Notes: generated from the letters alone by a model not told the origin. A DNA stretch of 64,000 nt from Geopsychrobacteraceae bacterium (GCA_963662315.1 OY759353.1:2880001-2944000); one strand, 5' to 3'. Positions 50,728 to 63,164 are shown, numbered from the stretch's first letter. A program made the numbers and translations.

Positions 50728-52023
50728 ATGATACAACAAACAGACTTAGCATTTGACCGCGATCACCTCTGGCATCCGTACACATCAATGACCTCCCCGT
50801 TGCCGGTTTATGGTGTCGAACGCGCCAGCGGCTGCCAATTGCAGCTGAGCGACGGACGCTGGCTCATTGATGGTATGTCCTCCTGGTGGGCGGCGATTCA
50901 CGGCTATAACCACCCGGCCCTGAATCAGGCTCTGCACGCTCAGACAGAAAAAATGGCCCACGTCATGTTCGGTGGCCTGACCCACGAAGCGGCGATTCGC
51001 CTTGGACAAAAACTTATTGCCATCACCCCCGCGGGCCTTGAGTGCTGTTTTCTCTGTGACTCCGGCTCCATTGCCGTTGAAGTCGCTATGAAAATGGCCA
51101 TTCAGTATCAGCTCGGGCATGGTCGCCCGCAAAAAGCGCGCTTTCTGACCGTACGCAACGGCTATCATGGTGATACCTTTGGAGCCATGTCGGTGTGTGA
51201 TCCGGTCGGCGGCATGCATCAGCATTTTGCCACGACCCTGGCACAGCAATTCTTCGCTCCACCTCCCCGCAGCCGCTTTGGTCAATGCTACGATCCAACC
51301 GATTGTGACGAACTTACTGTTATCCTGGCTCAACACGCAGAAGAGATTGCGGCCGTTATTATTGAGCCGGTTGTTCAAGGTGCCGGTGGTATGCGCTTTT
51401 ATCATCCCGAATACCTGAAGGATCTCAGGTGCCTGTGTGACCAGCACCAGATCCTGCTGATCTTCGACGAAATAGCCACCGGCTTCGGTCGCACTGGTAA
51501 ACTGTTTGCCGCCGAACACGCCGGAGTCAGCCCCGACATCATGTGTGTCGGCAAAGCCTTAACCGGCGGCTACATGACCCTGGCGGCGACTCTGGCCAGT
51601 CGTGCTGTCGCAGATGGTGTTTCTGATACTCAGTATGGTCCCGGCGTATTCATGCACGGACCGACCTTCATGGCCAACCCGTTGGCCTGCGCTGTTGCCT
51701 GCACCAGCCTTGACCTGCTGGCCAACGGCGGCTGGCAACAACAGGTTCAAATGATTGAAGCTACACTGCAAACAGGCTTGGCTCCTGCCAGGACGATTAC
51801 TGGCGTCGCAGATGTCCGTTGTTTAGGGGCTATCGGAGTTATCGAGCTGGAGCGACCGGTTGACATGGCCCGCATTCAGCGACGCTTTGTCGAGCGCGGT
51901 ATCTGGATTCGCCCCTTTGGCAAATTGGTCTATTGCATGCCTCCCTTTATCATCAATCCAGACGAGCTCGAACGACTGATCACGGCCATGGTTGCGACCG
52001 TTGCAGAGGAATGTCAGCAATGA
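50728..52023 (+). CDS. bioA: DAPA aminotransferase
   Basis: [39 protein letters not shown]. Confidence 0.95.
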   Translation: MIQQTDLAFDRDHLWHPYTSMTSPLPVYGVERASGCQLQLSDGRWLIDGMSSWWAAIHGYNHPALNQALHAQTEKMAHVMFGGLTHEAAIRLGQKLIAITPAGLECCFLCDSGSIAVEVAMKMAIQYQLGHGRPQKARFLTVRNGYHGDTFGAMSVCDPVGGMHQHFATTLAQQFFAPPPRSRFGQCYDPTDCDELTVILAQHAEEIAAVIIEPVVQGAGGMRFYHPEYLKDLRCLCDQHQILLIFDEIATGFGRTGKLFAAEHAGVSPDIMCVGKALTGGYMTLAATLASRAVADGVSDTQYGPGVFMHGPTFMANPLACAVACTSLDLLANGGWQQQVQMIEATLQTGLAPARTITGVADVRCLGAIGVIELERPVDMARIQRRFVERGIWIRPFGKLVYCMPPFIINPDELERLITAMVATVAEECQQ

Positions 52024-52658
52024 CCACCTTTCCTGATCGCTTCTTTGTCACTGGCACCGATACCGATGTCGGCAAAACCGTGGTCTGCACCCTGCTGATG
52101 CTGGCCCTGCCATGCCGCTATCTGAAACCGGTGCAGAGCGGCACCGAAGATGGCACCGACACCCTGCGCGTGCAACAGCTCAGCGGTCTTGGCGGTGAGC
52201 GTTTTGTGCCTGAATGTTATGTCACCCGGACTTCAGCCTCGCCGCACCTGTCGGCACGCCTTGATGGTATTACTATCGACCCGCGCCGTATCAGCCAGAA
52301 AATTGCCGCCATTGACGGTCCGTTACTGGTCGAAGGGGCTGGCGGAATCTATGTACCCCTCAATGAACAGGACATGATTCTCGACCTGATGCAGCTTCTT
52401 GCTCTCCCAGTGATTCTGGTCGCCCGTAGCGGACTGGGAACCATAAACCATACCCTGCTCAGTATACAGGCCTTACGTCAGGCCGGTATCAACCTTTACG
52501 GCGTGATCATGAACGGGCCATTGAACCCGGAAAATCGCCGCGCCATTGAAACCTTCGGTAGCACACGGGTGATCACTGAAATCCCTTCGCTGTGCGACTT
52601 GTCTTTGCCAACCCTGCGCAGCTGCGCCGCGACCCTTTTCACAGGAGAGCATCTATGA
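52020..52658 (+). CDS. bioD: Dethiobiotin synthase
   Basis: [31 protein letters not shown]. Confidence 0.93.
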   Translation: MTTFPDRFFVTGTDTDVGKTVVCTLLMLALPCRYLKPVQSGTEDGTDTLRVQQLSGLGGERFVPECYVTRTSASPHLSARLDGITIDPRRISQKIAAIDGPLLVEGAGGIYVPLNEQDMILDLMQLLALPVILVARSGLGTINHTLLSIQALRQAGINLYGVIMNGPLNPENRRAIETFGSTRVITEIPSLCDLSLPTLRSCAATLFTGEHL

Positions 52659-53818
52659 GTGGTATCCTTGCACGCATCAACCAGCAGATGCAGACCATTC
52701 GCAGCGATGGACGCTTACGCCACCTACCGGTCATTGATAACAACAAAGAGAAATACATGCAGCTCGGCGGACAGCGCCTGCTCAACCTGGCATCCAACGA
52801 TTATCTGGGCCTCAGCAGCTCAGCAGTTCTCGCTGACGCAGCCCGGGATGCCATCGACGAATATGGTGTATCGAGCGGAGCATCGCGCCTAGTGACTGGC
52901 AATAACCGCCTTTATAATGAACTTGAACAGGAGCTGGCCAACTTTAAACAACAACCAGCGGCTCTGGTTTTTAACAGCGGTTACACAGCCAACCTGTGTC
53001 TGGTGGCAACCCTGGCGGATCGTCATTCCCTGGTATTCTCAGACCGCCTCAATCACGCCAGTATCATCGATGGCATCGCCCTGTCAGGAGCTAAGCATGT
53101 ACGCTACCGTCACAACGACATGGAACATCTGGCGGCACTGCTGGAAAAACACAAGGACCAGCCCAATAAACTGATTATCACCGACAGCGTTTTCAGTATG
53201 GATGGGGATCTGGCAGATTTAACCACCCTGGTCAAGCTTAAACACGATTTCAACTGCCTGCTGGTTGTTGATGAAGCCCACGCCACCGGCATATTTGGCC
53301 ACGGCCGCGGACTGGCCCATGAGCTGGGAATCGACCAGGACGTTGATCTGCACATGGGGACCTTCAGTAAGGCTCTCGGCTCCTTTGGTGGGTATGTTGC
53401 CGGCAGTCGCCTGCTTATCGATTATCTGATCAACGCTGGGCGAGCTCTGATTTATACCACCGGCCTGCCACCGGCGACCGTTGCCGCCAACCTCGCGGCG
53501 ATCCGTTTGCTGCAACAAGACCCCGATCAGGGGCAGCCGCTGCGGACCATGGCCCACAGTCTGGTGACGCATCTGCACAATCGTGGCATTGATACCGGCG
53601 CTACAGAGTCACATATTATTCCGGTTATTATCGGCGATAATGAACGTACTATTCATATCCAACAACATCTGCACGGAATGGGTATTCATGTCGGCGCCAT
53701 CCGCCCACCCACCGTGCCAACCGGAACCGCCCGCCTGCGCCTCGCCCTCAGGGCTGACCTGAACCTTGACGAATTTAAACTGCTGACCACCAAGCTTTGT
53801 GAGGTGCTATGCATGTAA
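52655..53818 (+). CDS. bioF: 8-amino-7-oxononanoate synthase
   Basis: SNDYLGL, NHASIIDG, DEAHA, TFSKALG, IRPPTVP. Confidence 0.93.
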   Translation: MSGILARINQQMQTIRSDGRLRHLPVIDNNKEKYMQLGGQRLLNLASNDYLGLSSSAVLADAARDAIDEYGVSSGASRLVTGNNRLYNELEQELANFKQQPAALVFNSGYTANLCLVATLADRHSLVFSDRLNHASIIDGIALSGAKHVRYRHNDMEHLAALLEKHKDQPNKLIITDSVFSMDGDLADLTTLVKLKHDFNCLLVVDEAHATGIFGHGRGLAHELGIDQDVDLHMGTFSKALGSFGGYVAGSRLLIDYLINAGRALIYTTGLPPATVAANLAAIRLLQQDPDQGQPLRTMAHSLVTHLHNRGIDTGATESHIIPVIIGDNERTIHIQQHLHGMGIHVGAIRPPTVPTGTARLRLALRADLNLDEFKLLTTKLCEVLCM

Positions 53819-54429
53819 CCTTCGTATCGGGCTGGAGTGGACTCCCCTGCCTGTATCCGCAAATTGCCGCCAACACTGATTTCATCGTGCCTTTTTACGA
53901 CCATACAATTGAGCAGGTTAACGCTGCCCTTGGCACTGGCGGTGATGTGCTGATCGCCTGGTCTACCGGAGCCCATCTGGTTCTCAATCAATTATCACTG
54001 GCCAGTGACAATTTCAGATATATCATTCTAATTGCTCCATTTTTAGACTTCACCGCCAGCGTCCCAGCGCGCATTATCCAACGCATGCGCACCCGCCTCA
54101 GGAAGGAACCGGAGGCGACTGTCAGCGACTTTTGGAAGCTTTGCGGCGGCACGCAGCAGTGTCCGCAATTGAATGATCAGCAACTCAGACATCTCACGGC
54201 GGGGCTTGATCTGTTGATGAACTCGCAGATCCGTTCAATTAAGGAAAGCGGTACTCACGTGACATTAGTCCAATGCCTGGCGGATCAGGTCGTACTCCCG
54301 GCCTCTTTTAACGCCGTCAGCGCTGCACTCGAACAAGCCACCATCATTCAATGCCATAGCGCCCATATGCCCCAGGAATCCGAACTCATAAGGATAGTGT
54401 CAAATGTTAGCAGTACAACGTTCCTTTGA
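53809..54429 (+). CDS. Alpha/beta-hydrolase, probable pimeloyl-ACP methyl ester esterase (BioH/BioG-like)
   Basis: SGW oxyanion motif, AWSTG elbow; between bioF and bioC. Confidence 0.65.
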   Translation: MHVTFVSGWSGLPCLYPQIAANTDFIVPFYDHTIEQVNAALGTGGDVLIAWSTGAHLVLNQLSLASDNFRYIILIAPFLDFTASVPARIIQRMRTRLRKEPEATVSDFWKLCGGTQQCPQLNDQQLRHLTAGLDLLMNSQIRSIKESGTHVTLVQCLADQVVLPASFNAVSAALEQATIIQCHSAHMPQESELIRIVSNVSSTTFL

Positions 54430-55156
54430 CCGCGCCGCCGAAAGTTATCGTCAGGCTGCCGGTGTCCAGAGCGAAATTGCCGAAAAGCTGGCTGCTATGA
54501 TCACTCTTAAGCGCTATGAAACCGGCCTCGAAATCGGCTGTGGCGATGGGCTGTTTACTGAAAAGCTGCTCGACCGAGTGGACATCAAGCGGTTGCTGAG
54601 CCTCGACCTTTGCCACAATCTCCTTGTTCGTCTGCCCAGTCATGTTCGGACGTTTCCGGTTCAGGCGGATGGCGAACAGTTGCCGATCAAAACGGGAAGT
54701 ATGGACCTGCTGACCAGTTCCAGCTGTCTGCAATGGTTTAAGCATCCCCAGGTCAGTCTACCCGGGCTTTTAACCTGTTTAAAAGATGGTGGAGCCTTCT
54801 ACTTTTCGGTGTTTTGCCAGGGAACTTTTGTTGAAATGGAACAGATTCACCAGCAGTGCGGTTTTGGGCAGGTGAAATCATTACCCCAAGCCCAACACTA
54901 CTTGAATATTTTGCAGAAGGCGACTCGGGAGCAGGTCAAGATGAAGACCGAAACCATTACTCGCTATTATCCGGATGTCATGACATTTTTAAAGACTCAG
55001 AAAGATACCGGTGCCGGTCACACTGAGAATAAAAAGTTTACCGGGCGAAAAGCGCTTCAAAAATTTATCGCATCTTATGAGGAACAGTTCGGGACACCGG
55101 AAGGTATCAGGGTGAGCTATGAAATTTCCTATTACCAAGGGCTTTATACAGCATAA
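54404..55156 (+). CDS. bioC: Malonyl-ACP O-methyltransferase
   Basis: F.RAAESY..AA.VQ, LEIGCGDG, SS.LQW. Confidence 0.82.
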   Translation: MLAVQRSFDRAAESYRQAAGVQSEIAEKLAAMITLKRYETGLEIGCGDGLFTEKLLDRVDIKRLLSLDLCHNLLVRLPSHVRTFPVQADGEQLPIKTGSMDLLTSSSCLQWFKHPQVSLPGLLTCLKDGGAFYFSVFCQGTFVEMEQIHQQCGFGQVKSLPQAQHYLNILQKATREQVKMKTETITRYYPDVMTFLKTQKDTGAGHTENKKFTGRKALQKFIASYEEQFGTPEGIRVSYEISYYQGLYTA

Positions 55157-55178
55157 TAAACAAGGATAATCATAAGCT

Positions 55179-57428
55179 TCAGGTTAGACTAGCGCGCCTT
55201 TCCTGTAATACGTCATTTACCAACTGGCTCAGGACTGAATTAAAATACGGCTTTTGAATAAACCCTTTTAGCCCCGACTGCATCATACTTTGCAAATCCT
55301 TTTCATCAGAAAATCCAGACGCCAGGATGACGGCAGCCTGTGGGTCAACAGTTCGGATGTTCTCAAAACATTGCCGTCCATTCATCACTGGCATCATCAT
55401 ATCGACAATCACCAGATCTATGTCACCTTTGTGAGCCTTAAACAACTCAAACCCTTCCAGCCCATTGGTCGCAAGCCTGACCTCATAACCTAACTTTTCG
55501 AGCATGGTTTTGCCCATGAGGCGCATCGTTTCATCATCATCAATCAGCAGAATCTTGCCACTGCCGGAGATGACTTCTGATGTTAATGGAGTAGATTCCT
55601 GATGGGTTGTAACTGGAAACAATAACTTGAAAACCGTCCCGAGACCCACTTCACTATAGACAGTAACAGCTCCCTGGTGTTGCTTGACTGTTCCATAGAC
55701 ACCGGCCAAACCGAGACCGGTCCCCTGCCCCTGCTCTTTGGTCGTAAAAAAGGGCTCGAAAATTCTCTCAATATGCTCTCTAGCTATCCCACAACCATTA
55801 TCACTGACACTGATTTCAAGAAAGTGGCCGGGCTGCAATGGAAACTCAGACACTGCACACCCCTGAAGATCAACCTCGATAACTTGTGACGCGAAGGTCA
55901 GGACGCCGCCATCAGGCATTGCATGGGCAGCATTAATACCAAGATTCAACAAAGAATTTTGCAGCAGAGAAGGATCACCGATAATTTTATGCTGATCCGC
56001 TCTCAGGTCGGTGCGTACCTCTACACGTTTATCGATGCTGCTACTTAACAACAGGATCGTCTCATCGATCAACTTATGCATATCAAGAACCTGGGCAACG
56101 CTTGTTGTTTTCCGTGAGAATGACAACAGCTGCTTGGCAAGTTCGGCTGCCCGCGACGCAGAGTTCAGGATAATCTTGTTCATTTTGCGAATTTTCGCAT
56201 CTTCTGGCTGACATTGCATTATCAGTTCTGCAGCCCCGATAATGCCACCTAACATATTATTGAAATCATGAGCGATACCACTGGCGAGCACTCCGATAGC
56301 TTCCATTTTTCGCCCGGCATTGAGTTTTTCATTCAATTTATTGCGCTCTGTCACATCCCTTAAGACCAGAACAACTCCGTTGATTTCACCTCCATCTTCC
56401 GCTGCAATAGGAGCAACACTGGCGATAACATCAACGCATTTATTGTCTTTGGTCAGTAAGCAAAGATCATGATGTGAGCTGATCGCTGTTTTATGAGTAA
56501 AAACATAGTCAACAAGATTTAAGTCCTTACCTTGGTCATCATCCGCAACGAAATTCAGGACAACTTTATGCGGCTGGCCGGTTGCCTGAGCAACAGACCA
56601 GCCTGTCAGGCTTTCAGCCACAGGATTGATATGACTGATATTCCCCTGCGGATCAGTGACAAGAACCCCGTCCCCAATTGAAAGCAGAGTAGCTCTCAAC
56701 CTTTTTCGACTCTGGTCCAGCTGAGCGTTCTTCTCTTCGAGCAGCTTCCAGTGATAGCGAGTTCCCGACATGTAAAGTAAACACAGGGGTAAAGTCCCCA
56801 GGGCGAAGACCACCAGACCGACCAGAAAAAGCAGGTTGCTCCTGCGGATAATCGCTTCGACATAGTCAACTGTAAATTCGGCGCAGGCGAGATATACTGA
56901 ACCATCTGGATTCTTCACCGGAACGAAAACGGCTCGGAAATGCCCCCAGAGGTCCTGAAAAGTTGTAAAAACGGGGATGTCTCCTGAAAAAGCCTGTATC
57001 TGCGCATCTGAGACGCCATTTTTATAGGCCATAAAATAATAGATATCGGCGTCAGGGGTACCGGGACCCGAGGTCCTGTTACAGGAGGTCAAATGAACCC
57101 TGTTGTCGACAAGAATATCCGTCCACACATATTTTGCCCCCGATTTTCTAGCCAGAGCAGTCAACTTCGCTTCTATGGTTTGATATTCTTCAAGAGATAT
57201 GGCATCGGCTGTTTGGGCACGCAGATGATAATCAGCGGGTAATATGAGTTGAATACTTTCCGCGACTATCAGCAGGCGCTTATCAATATCTTCATAGATA
57301 TGATCGCGGACCAGCTTTTGTAGCCAAAAAAGGAAACACAAACAGATAACAACAAAAAACAGGATGGCACAAATGAGGATGAAGAGGCGCTTATGGTGAT
57401 CAAAATATTTTGGCTCGCTCATCAACAT
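55179..57428 (-). CDS. Hybrid PAS sensor histidine kinase/response regulator
   Basis: Two TMs, PAS, AHDFNN H-box, FFTTK, GTGLGL, receiver DMMMP. Confidence 0.9.
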   Translation of the reverse strand: MLMSEPKYFDHHKRLFILICAILFFVVICLCFLFWLQKLVRDHIYEDIDKRLLIVAESIQLILPADYHLRAQTADAISLEEYQTIEAKLTALARKSGAKYVWTDILVDNRVHLTSCNRTSGPGTPDADIYYFMAYKNGVSDAQIQAFSGDIPVFTTFQDLWGHFRAVFVPVKNPDGSVYLACAEFTVDYVEAIIRRSNLLFLVGLVVFALGTLPLCLLYMSGTRYHWKLLEEKNAQLDQSRKRLRATLLSIGDGVLVTDPQGNISHINPVAESLTGWSVAQATGQPHKVVLNFVADDDQGKDLNLVDYVFTHKTAISSHHDLCLLTKDNKCVDVIASVAPIAAEDGGEINGVVLVLRDVTERNKLNEKLNAGRKMEAIGVLASGIAHDFNNMLGGIIGAAELIMQCQPEDAKIRKMNKIILNSASRAAELAKQLLSFSRKTTSVAQVLDMHKLIDETILLLSSSIDKRVEVRTDLRADQHKIIGDPSLLQNSLLNLGINAAHAMPDGGVLTFASQVIEVDLQGCAVSEFPLQPGHFLEISVSDNGCGIAREHIERIFEPFFTTKEQGQGTGLGLAGVYGTVKQHQGAVTVYSEVGLGTVFKLLFPVTTHQESTPLTSEVISGSGKILLIDDDETMRLMGKTMLEKLGYEVRLATNGLEGFELFKAHKGDIDLVIVDMMMPVMNGRQCFENIRTVDPQAAVILASGFSDEKDLQSMMQSGLKGFIQKPYFNSVLSQLVNDVLQERRASLT

Positions 57429-57811
57429 CCATCCAGAATAAAGCAGCTAAGTAGCCTAAATTAAAACGACCATTCCAGTTAAAAAGGTACGGTAACGGGT
57501 TTGTCCGCTAAAGGTCAAGACAATTATTAGGCAAAGCTAACAACTCATCATATCCTAACACTTGTTCCCCTCCCTCAGTTGCCAACCTTAACAGGCTGAC
57601 GACATCAAGATAACTTTTAATCGTTTATTATGCTACTATTTCTAAATCTATACTCCACTAGAAAAATCAAGATTCCATGGTAAGCGGGATAACGGTATGG
57701 ATTTCAACACACTTTTATACGCCTTTGGAATGGCACTGCTGCAATCAGCCTGCTATTATTATTGATAAAAGTGGCTTGTTTGCAACGATTAGAACCATTC
57801 AGGTGGAAATT

Positions 57812-58672
57812 ATGGAATATGTTTATCTCAACGGTGAGTTCCTCCCTAGTGAAGAGGCACATATATCGGTTTTTGATCAGGGCTTTCTTTACGGCGACGG
57901 TATCTTTGAAAGCTTTCGCTCTGTATGTGGACAGCTCTATCAGTTTGATCAGCATTATCAGCGTTTGCTGCAATCCGCTGAAGCTTTGGCCTATCCGATT
58001 CATCTCAGTCAAAAGGACCTGGAACGGATTCTCGATGAACTCCAGCTGCGTAACAATATCTCCAATGCATATTTCCGCATTACCATAACCCGTGGGCCCG
58101 GTCAGATCGGCTTTAAAAGAGAGATGGCCGGGAAACTGACATGGTTGATTATGGCCCGCGTATTTGCCGGGTTCGACGAAACCCATTATCAGGATGGTAT
58201 CCGTCTCAGCCTGGCTCAAACCCGCCGCAACGCCCCTGAAGCGATCAGCCCGAAAATTAAATCAATCAGTAATCTCAACAGTCTGCTCGGCAAACTTGAG
58301 GCCAAAGCGTCCGGTGCCTTTGAAGTGATCATGCTCAACAATAAGGATCACATTTGCGAAGGGGCCTCATCCAATATCTTCTGGACCAAAGGACATTGGG
58401 TCTTTACCCCCGATGTCTCGACAGGTCTACTGGAAGGAGTTACCCGTGCAACAATAATGCACTTATGTGAACAGGAGCTGAACCTGAGGGTCATTACTGG
58501 TGAATTCAAACTTCAGGATCTGAAATTTGCGGATGAGGTGTTTATCAGTTCAACGTCCCTTGAAGTCATGCCGGTAACCAAGGTTGACAATTTCACCATA
58601 AACCAGGGAATGGTTGGCCCGATCGCCGTCAAGTTACGCCGGGCGATGCAGAAGGAGATGCGAAGGTCCTAA
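57812..58672 (+). CDS. Class IV aminotransferase (IlvE/PabC family)
   Basis: DQGFLYGDGIFE, EGASSNIF, LEGVTR, ADEVF. Confidence 0.88.
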   Translation: MEYVYLNGEFLPSEEAHISVFDQGFLYGDGIFESFRSVCGQLYQFDQHYQRLLQSAEALAYPIHLSQKDLERILDELQLRNNISNAYFRITITRGPGQIGFKREMAGKLTWLIMARVFAGFDETHYQDGIRLSLAQTRRNAPEAISPKIKSISNLNSLLGKLEAKASGAFEVIMLNNKDHICEGASSNIFWTKGHWVFTPDVSTGLLEGVTRATIMHLCEQELNLRVITGEFKLQDLKFADEVFISSTSLEVMPVTKVDNFTINQGMVGPIAVKLRRAMQKEMRRS

Positions 58673-58814
58673 AATGGAATGCCCTCTTAGAATAGCGATA
58701 AATGAACATTGTCGCTAGCATAATGTGCCACATCAGGTTTCCCGGACACAGGAGCAGATCAAGGCAGGCAGTTTTCAACAACCTGCTAATTCTATCTAAC
58801 ACTAACTGGCGCGC

Positions 58815-59060
58815 TTATTCATTGAGGGCTTTTTCAGTGCGTTCAATACCTGACTTCTTCAACGAGCTGCCAAAGTTAACCGAGTCTACCAGCCTGATAG
58901 CAACATAAAGAACGGCGGCCAGAATGATCAGGAGGATGATTCCTTTGAGTACCTTCACCGGCTTCCAAAGCAGCAGTACCACCAGTATGCCACCTGCAAC
59001 CATGCAAAAGACGGAATTGTCATGATAAAACATAAAAAGCTGATCGATAAGATTCTGCAT
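58815..59060 (-). CDS. Small membrane protein
   Basis: Two hydrophobic helices, RBS GGAG, fills intergenic gap. Confidence 0.6.
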   Translation of the reverse strand: MQNLIDQLFMFYHDNSVFCMVAGGILVVLLLWKPVKVLKGIILLIILAAVLYVAIRLVDSVNFGSSLKKSGIERTEKALNE

Positions 59061-59283
59061 CTCTAACGCTCCGACATGGGTCGCAATGGCTGTTGAGAAA
59101 AGCCGTAAAAAGTGACTTTAGCCTAAAATACCCGCAGATACCTTATAATTTTTTGTTCCCTTTGGATCTTGCTGAAAAGATTCTGATCTTCTATAGTCTG
59201 CATTTCGTCCTTTAATGCCCGATTCAGGCAGATTTTGACTTTAGCTATGCCCAGTTCAGATATCACCCAAGCAGAGGTCACGG

Positions 59284-60912
59284 ATGACTGAGATTCTGTT
59301 GCTGCAGCCCCCTGCCCTGAAACCAGCCGAACCGCCACTGGCACTCGCAGTACTGCTGGCTCATTTACGCGCCCAAGGGGTAACCTGTGCCGCCATTGAC
59401 AGCAACCTGGAGGCCTATCTTCATCTGCTTGAACATGCGCACCTGACACCAGGCGCTGCTGGGCAAACCGATACCAATCTGCAACGGGCTCTGAAACACC
59501 GCAGCGCCTCGCTGGCTTTGCTGCAGGGGGGTGCCGGCAGTCATAACTTTGCCCGTTACAACACTGCGGTGCGTTATCTGAATCGGCTGCTTGCGGTATG
59601 GAACAGTGATGAAGAGAAAGTAACCCTGGGAGATTATCTGCACAGTAGCCTGTCCCCCTTTGTGCCCGAAGACCTGGCGCTGCTTGCAAACGGGCAACGA
59701 CAGACTCTTTTTCATGACTACTTCAACAATGACCTTCTGGCGCAGGTACGCGGCATTCAACCGCGTATTATCGGCATTTCCATCAATTACCTGCATCAGG
59801 CATTACCCGCGTTTGAACTGGCGGGATTACTGCGCGGCACCTTTCCTCAGATAAAACTCGTTGCTGGTGGCGGGCTGATAACCTCCTGGAAAGAGACGCT
59901 AAAACAACTCGACCTGCTATTGCCCCCCTTTGACCATTTGATTTTTGGACCAGCTGAAGCAGCGTTAAGCGCACTGGTCGGCAATCCGGGAAAACTGCCC
60001 AGAACGGTCAGTGACCACAGCACCATTGCTTTTGTTCCCGATTTCAGCTTTGCCCGGCTTGAAGACTATCTTTCACCACATACGATTTTACCCCTTACAG
60101 CGTCACGCGGTTGTTACTGGCGCCAGTGCCTGTTCTGCCCGGAGGCAGCAAATCCCGTCCATCCGTATTGCAGCTTTCCGGCAGCTGAACTGTCGCGGGA
60201 AATGCGCCGTCTTGCAGATGACCATGCTGTCAGCTACATCCAATTGACCGACAATGCCATTCCGGTCAACATGCTCAGAGCCCTCAGCAACAATCCGCAA
60301 GGCCTGCAGGGAATCAACTGGTTTGGTTTTGTTCGCTTTGAAAAAGCTCTTGAAGATCCTGAGTTTGTCAAGGCACTGGCGCAAAGTGGCTGTAAAATGC
60401 TGCAGCTGGGACTGGAATCTGGGTCACAAACGGTGCTTGACCGCTTGCATAAAGGGATTAAACTCGTGTCAGTGGTTAAAATTCTGGAGAATCTGGCCGC
60501 GGCCGGTATCGCAACCTTTGTGTATATCATGCTCGGCACACCGGGAGAAACGGAGGCTGATGCGGAGTTGACCTTGGAATTCCTGGAACAGCATGCCGAC
60601 AAAATCGGCTTTCTCAATATTTCGATTATGAACATGCCCCGTGCTTCCGGGTTACTTGATAACCCGGAGCACTACGGTATCGGAGATACCGAGAGCATTG
60701 CCAGCGAAACACCTCTAGCCCTGTATCAGCGCTTTAACAGCAACAGCAACTGGAACCGTGCCACCGCACGCCGCTTTCTAAATCGTCGCCTGCTCGGTTC
60801 TGGCACAATCCGCGCCATCATAAACCGCACACCGCCACTGTTTACTTCCAATCATGCGGTCTTTTTTGCTAAGGACGTCATAGCGCCAGCGCCTAACCAG
60901 CCGGTAAACTAA
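59284..60912 (+). CDS. B12-binding/radical SAM protein
   Basis: SRGCYWRQCLFC, LGLESG, GTPGET. Confidence 0.82.
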   Translation: MTEILLLQPPALKPAEPPLALAVLLAHLRAQGVTCAAIDSNLEAYLHLLEHAHLTPGAAGQTDTNLQRALKHRSASLALLQGGAGSHNFARYNTAVRYLNRLLAVWNSDEEKVTLGDYLHSSLSPFVPEDLALLANGQRQTLFHDYFNNDLLAQVRGIQPRIIGISINYLHQALPAFELAGLLRGTFPQIKLVAGGGLITSWKETLKQLDLLLPPFDHLIFGPAEAALSALVGNPGKLPRTVSDHSTIAFVPDFSFARLEDYLSPHTILPLTASRGCYWRQCLFCPEAANPVHPYCSFPAAELSREMRRLADDHAVSYIQLTDNAIPVNMLRALSNNPQGLQGINWFGFVRFEKALEDPEFVKALAQSGCKMLQLGLESGSQTVLDRLHKGIKLVSVVKILENLAAAGIATFVYIMLGTPGETEADAELTLEFLEQHADKIGFLNISIMNMPRASGLLDNPEHYGIGDTESIASETPLALYQRFNSNSNWNRATARRFLNRRLLGSGTIRAIINRTPPLFTSNHAVFFAKDVIAPAPNQPVN

Positions 60913-61879
60913 CGCTTTTGTTACGGACCATATGGCGATATTCCTGCCTCAATCGGTTCAATTCGGCCTCAAGGTCAGCTTCCTGCTCAGCTAAAAAGGC
61001 TTCGTAGTCACCGTTTAAGCGCTCAACCAAAACCCAGGTACTATCAGCCTGAATGGTCTGAATTTCCTTGTCCATGACTGCAAGCTGATGTCGCAACGAA
61101 CTGATATGAGCACGCAAACGTTCCTTGTCCTGAACCTGTTCACTGGCAGCAACGAAGGCACCACCAGCTTCCAGCACGGAGAGGATCTCTTCAACCTTGT
61201 CGACATCATTCATATTGTATGCCTGGTGCAACGCCTGAAACTGTGCTGTTGCGAGGTCTTTCAGCTCTTCAGCGACCATGTCCGGATGACATAAACGACT
61301 CGCTTTCCGATATGCATTTTTCAGTCGCAACGCATCTTCTGCAGACAATTCCCGCGGCCGTTCTTCTGCCAACCAGCCTTCATATTCGCCATGAAAATTC
61401 TGATAATCACTCTGGGCCTGCTCATGGGCCTGCCTGATGCTGTCCAGATCAGCTTCATCGCCTTGGGAACTGGCTAACGCGGCTCTGGCTCTTAGCATAT
61501 GGAGTCTCAGGATTGCCGAAATAATACCGCCTAAACGGACATTGTAAAGACGATTAAACCCTTCGAGAACATGCAGAACTTCATCGCGTTCAGCACTCAG
61601 AGTGGCCAGGCGGCGCTCCAATCCCTGCAGTTCCATTTTTAAGGCGGCAACCTCTGGATCGATATACACAGACACAGCGACATGTTGCTGCAAAAAATGT
61701 GTTATCCTTTGCAAAGCACCGGGGTAATCCAAAGCATCAATACGGTTTAAAATGGCCTGCAGTTCTTCCGTTTTCCCTGCCATTTGATCGAGTTTGTTTT
61801 TGTGTAAGGCGATGGTTTCTTCATCCTCAAGGCTGATTGCCGCCTTGATGATTTCCAGTCTTTTCAACAGTTGCTGCAT
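60893..61879 (-). CDS. Coiled-coil J-domain protein
   Basis: LKNAYRKASRLCHPD...FQ.LHQAY; start uncertain (61879 or 61915). Confidence 0.75.
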   Translation of the reverse strand: MQQLLKRLEIIKAAISLEDEETIALHKNKLDQMAGKTEELQAILNRIDALDYPGALQRITHFLQQHVAVSVYIDPEVAALKMELQGLERRLATLSAERDEVLHVLEGFNRLYNVRLGGIISAILRLHMLRARAALASSQGDEADLDSIRQAHEQAQSDYQNFHGEYEGWLAEERPRELSAEDALRLKNAYRKASRLCHPDMVAEELKDLATAQFQALHQAYNMNDVDKVEEILSVLEAGGAFVAASEQVQDKERLRAHISSLRHQLAVMDKEIQTIQADSTWVLVERLNGDYEAFLAEQEADLEAELNRLRQEYRHMVRNKSVSLPAG

Positions 61880-61892
61880 CGTTGTCTCCGCC

Positions 61893-62813
61893 CTAACCAT
61901 GTACTGGTAAAACAACCCGGAAGCCCTGGCACTTGTCCCGATTTCCTGCTTTACTCCGGAAGGACGCCTGTATCCAACTCGGATTCAGATACCAACTGCC
62001 GCCACGAACAACTCTATCAACACTCTCCTGGCCGGTTTCCCAGGAAAAACCTTCACACGGCGCACCCTCGTAATTATCATGCCAGGCATCCCGGCACCAC
62101 TCCCAGACATTGCCACTCATCTGATACAGTCCCAAAGCGTTGGGGGCAAAGCTGTCGACGGGAACCGTTTCCCCGCGATATTCTCCGGCGCGGGAATAAT
62201 AGGTGACATAAACTTCTGATCCATTGAAATTTGCTTCATCGGGACCGATGGTATTCTGTCCGGTACCAAAGCGCACGGCCTTACCACCTTCCCGAGCCGC
62301 ATATTCCCACTGGGCCTCGGATGGCAGCGTGTAGTTACGTCCACTCTGGCGGTTTAATTTGGCCAGGAATTCCCGGGCATCGCTCCAGCCGACATTTTCT
62401 ACCGGGTAGCGATCCCCTTTTCGAAACCAACTTGGGTTGCTCCCCATAACTGTTACCCATTCCCCCTGCGTTACTGCATAGCGCCCCATATAAAAGCCCT
62501 CCACAGTTACCGTATGCACTGGCAAGGCCTGCTTCATCCAATTATTATTTTCAGCATCCCCCAGTACATCTCCCATCTCAAAGCGTCCTCCGGGTACCCA
62601 GACAAACTCCATACCCGTAATCGCATCGCGATACTCCATGCCGTACGGCCCACCCGCCTTTACGTCCTTCGCTGGTAGCTTGATTTCCGGCACACCTTTT
62701 AGAAGCCGCGCTGTCAGATCAAGCATGTCGCGGGTTCTGGTTAAAGTAAGTTCACCAGCATTCGGCTTAGGTATCAGAAATGTTTTGCGTGTTAGTTCTT
62801 TTTTGTCTGTCAT
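61893..62813 (-). CDS. FGE-sulfatase (SUMF1/C-type-lectin-fold) domain protein
   Basis: VPGGRFEMG, LPSEAQWEYAAR, LYQMSGNVWEWC, RGGSW, GFRVV; start uncertain. Confidence 0.85.
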   Translation of the reverse strand: MTDKKELTRKTFLIPKPNAGELTLTRTRDMLDLTARLLKGVPEIKLPAKDVKAGGPYGMEYRDAITGMEFVWVPGGRFEMGDVLGDAENNNWMKQALPVHTVTVEGFYMGRYAVTQGEWVTVMGSNPSWFRKGDRYPVENVGWSDAREFLAKLNRQSGRNYTLPSEAQWEYAAREGGKAVRFGTGQNTIGPDEANFNGSEVYVTYYSRAGEYRGETVPVDSFAPNALGLYQMSGNVWEWCRDAWHDNYEGAPCEGFSWETGQESVDRVVRGGSWYLNPSWIQASFRSKAGNRDKCQGFRVVLPVHG

Positions 62814-63164
62814 GGTTCTCCAGCGTTTCATTCTTTATGGATGTGCGAAATATTTGCCTTAATACCACTTGAAATGAAGTTTTTGTTACCCGGCAGATAC
62901 TATAAATCGTTCAGAATTTATAAATGAGGGGTAACAGACGTCCATTGACACGAGTCAGGGATAGTATTCACTGATTCTCAATGAGTAAAATAGGAAACAT
63001 CTGTCGGGAAGTTTACATTAACCTGACTAGATCTCTAAGAAAAAAGATGTTTTAAATTAATTAGTCATTGTTCAGTTGATTTTTGTGCAATAAGTACGCT
63101 TGAAGGAATAATTGGAACTTGTCCAGACCACATCATTTCTTTCATTGCACTCAACAGAATCACC

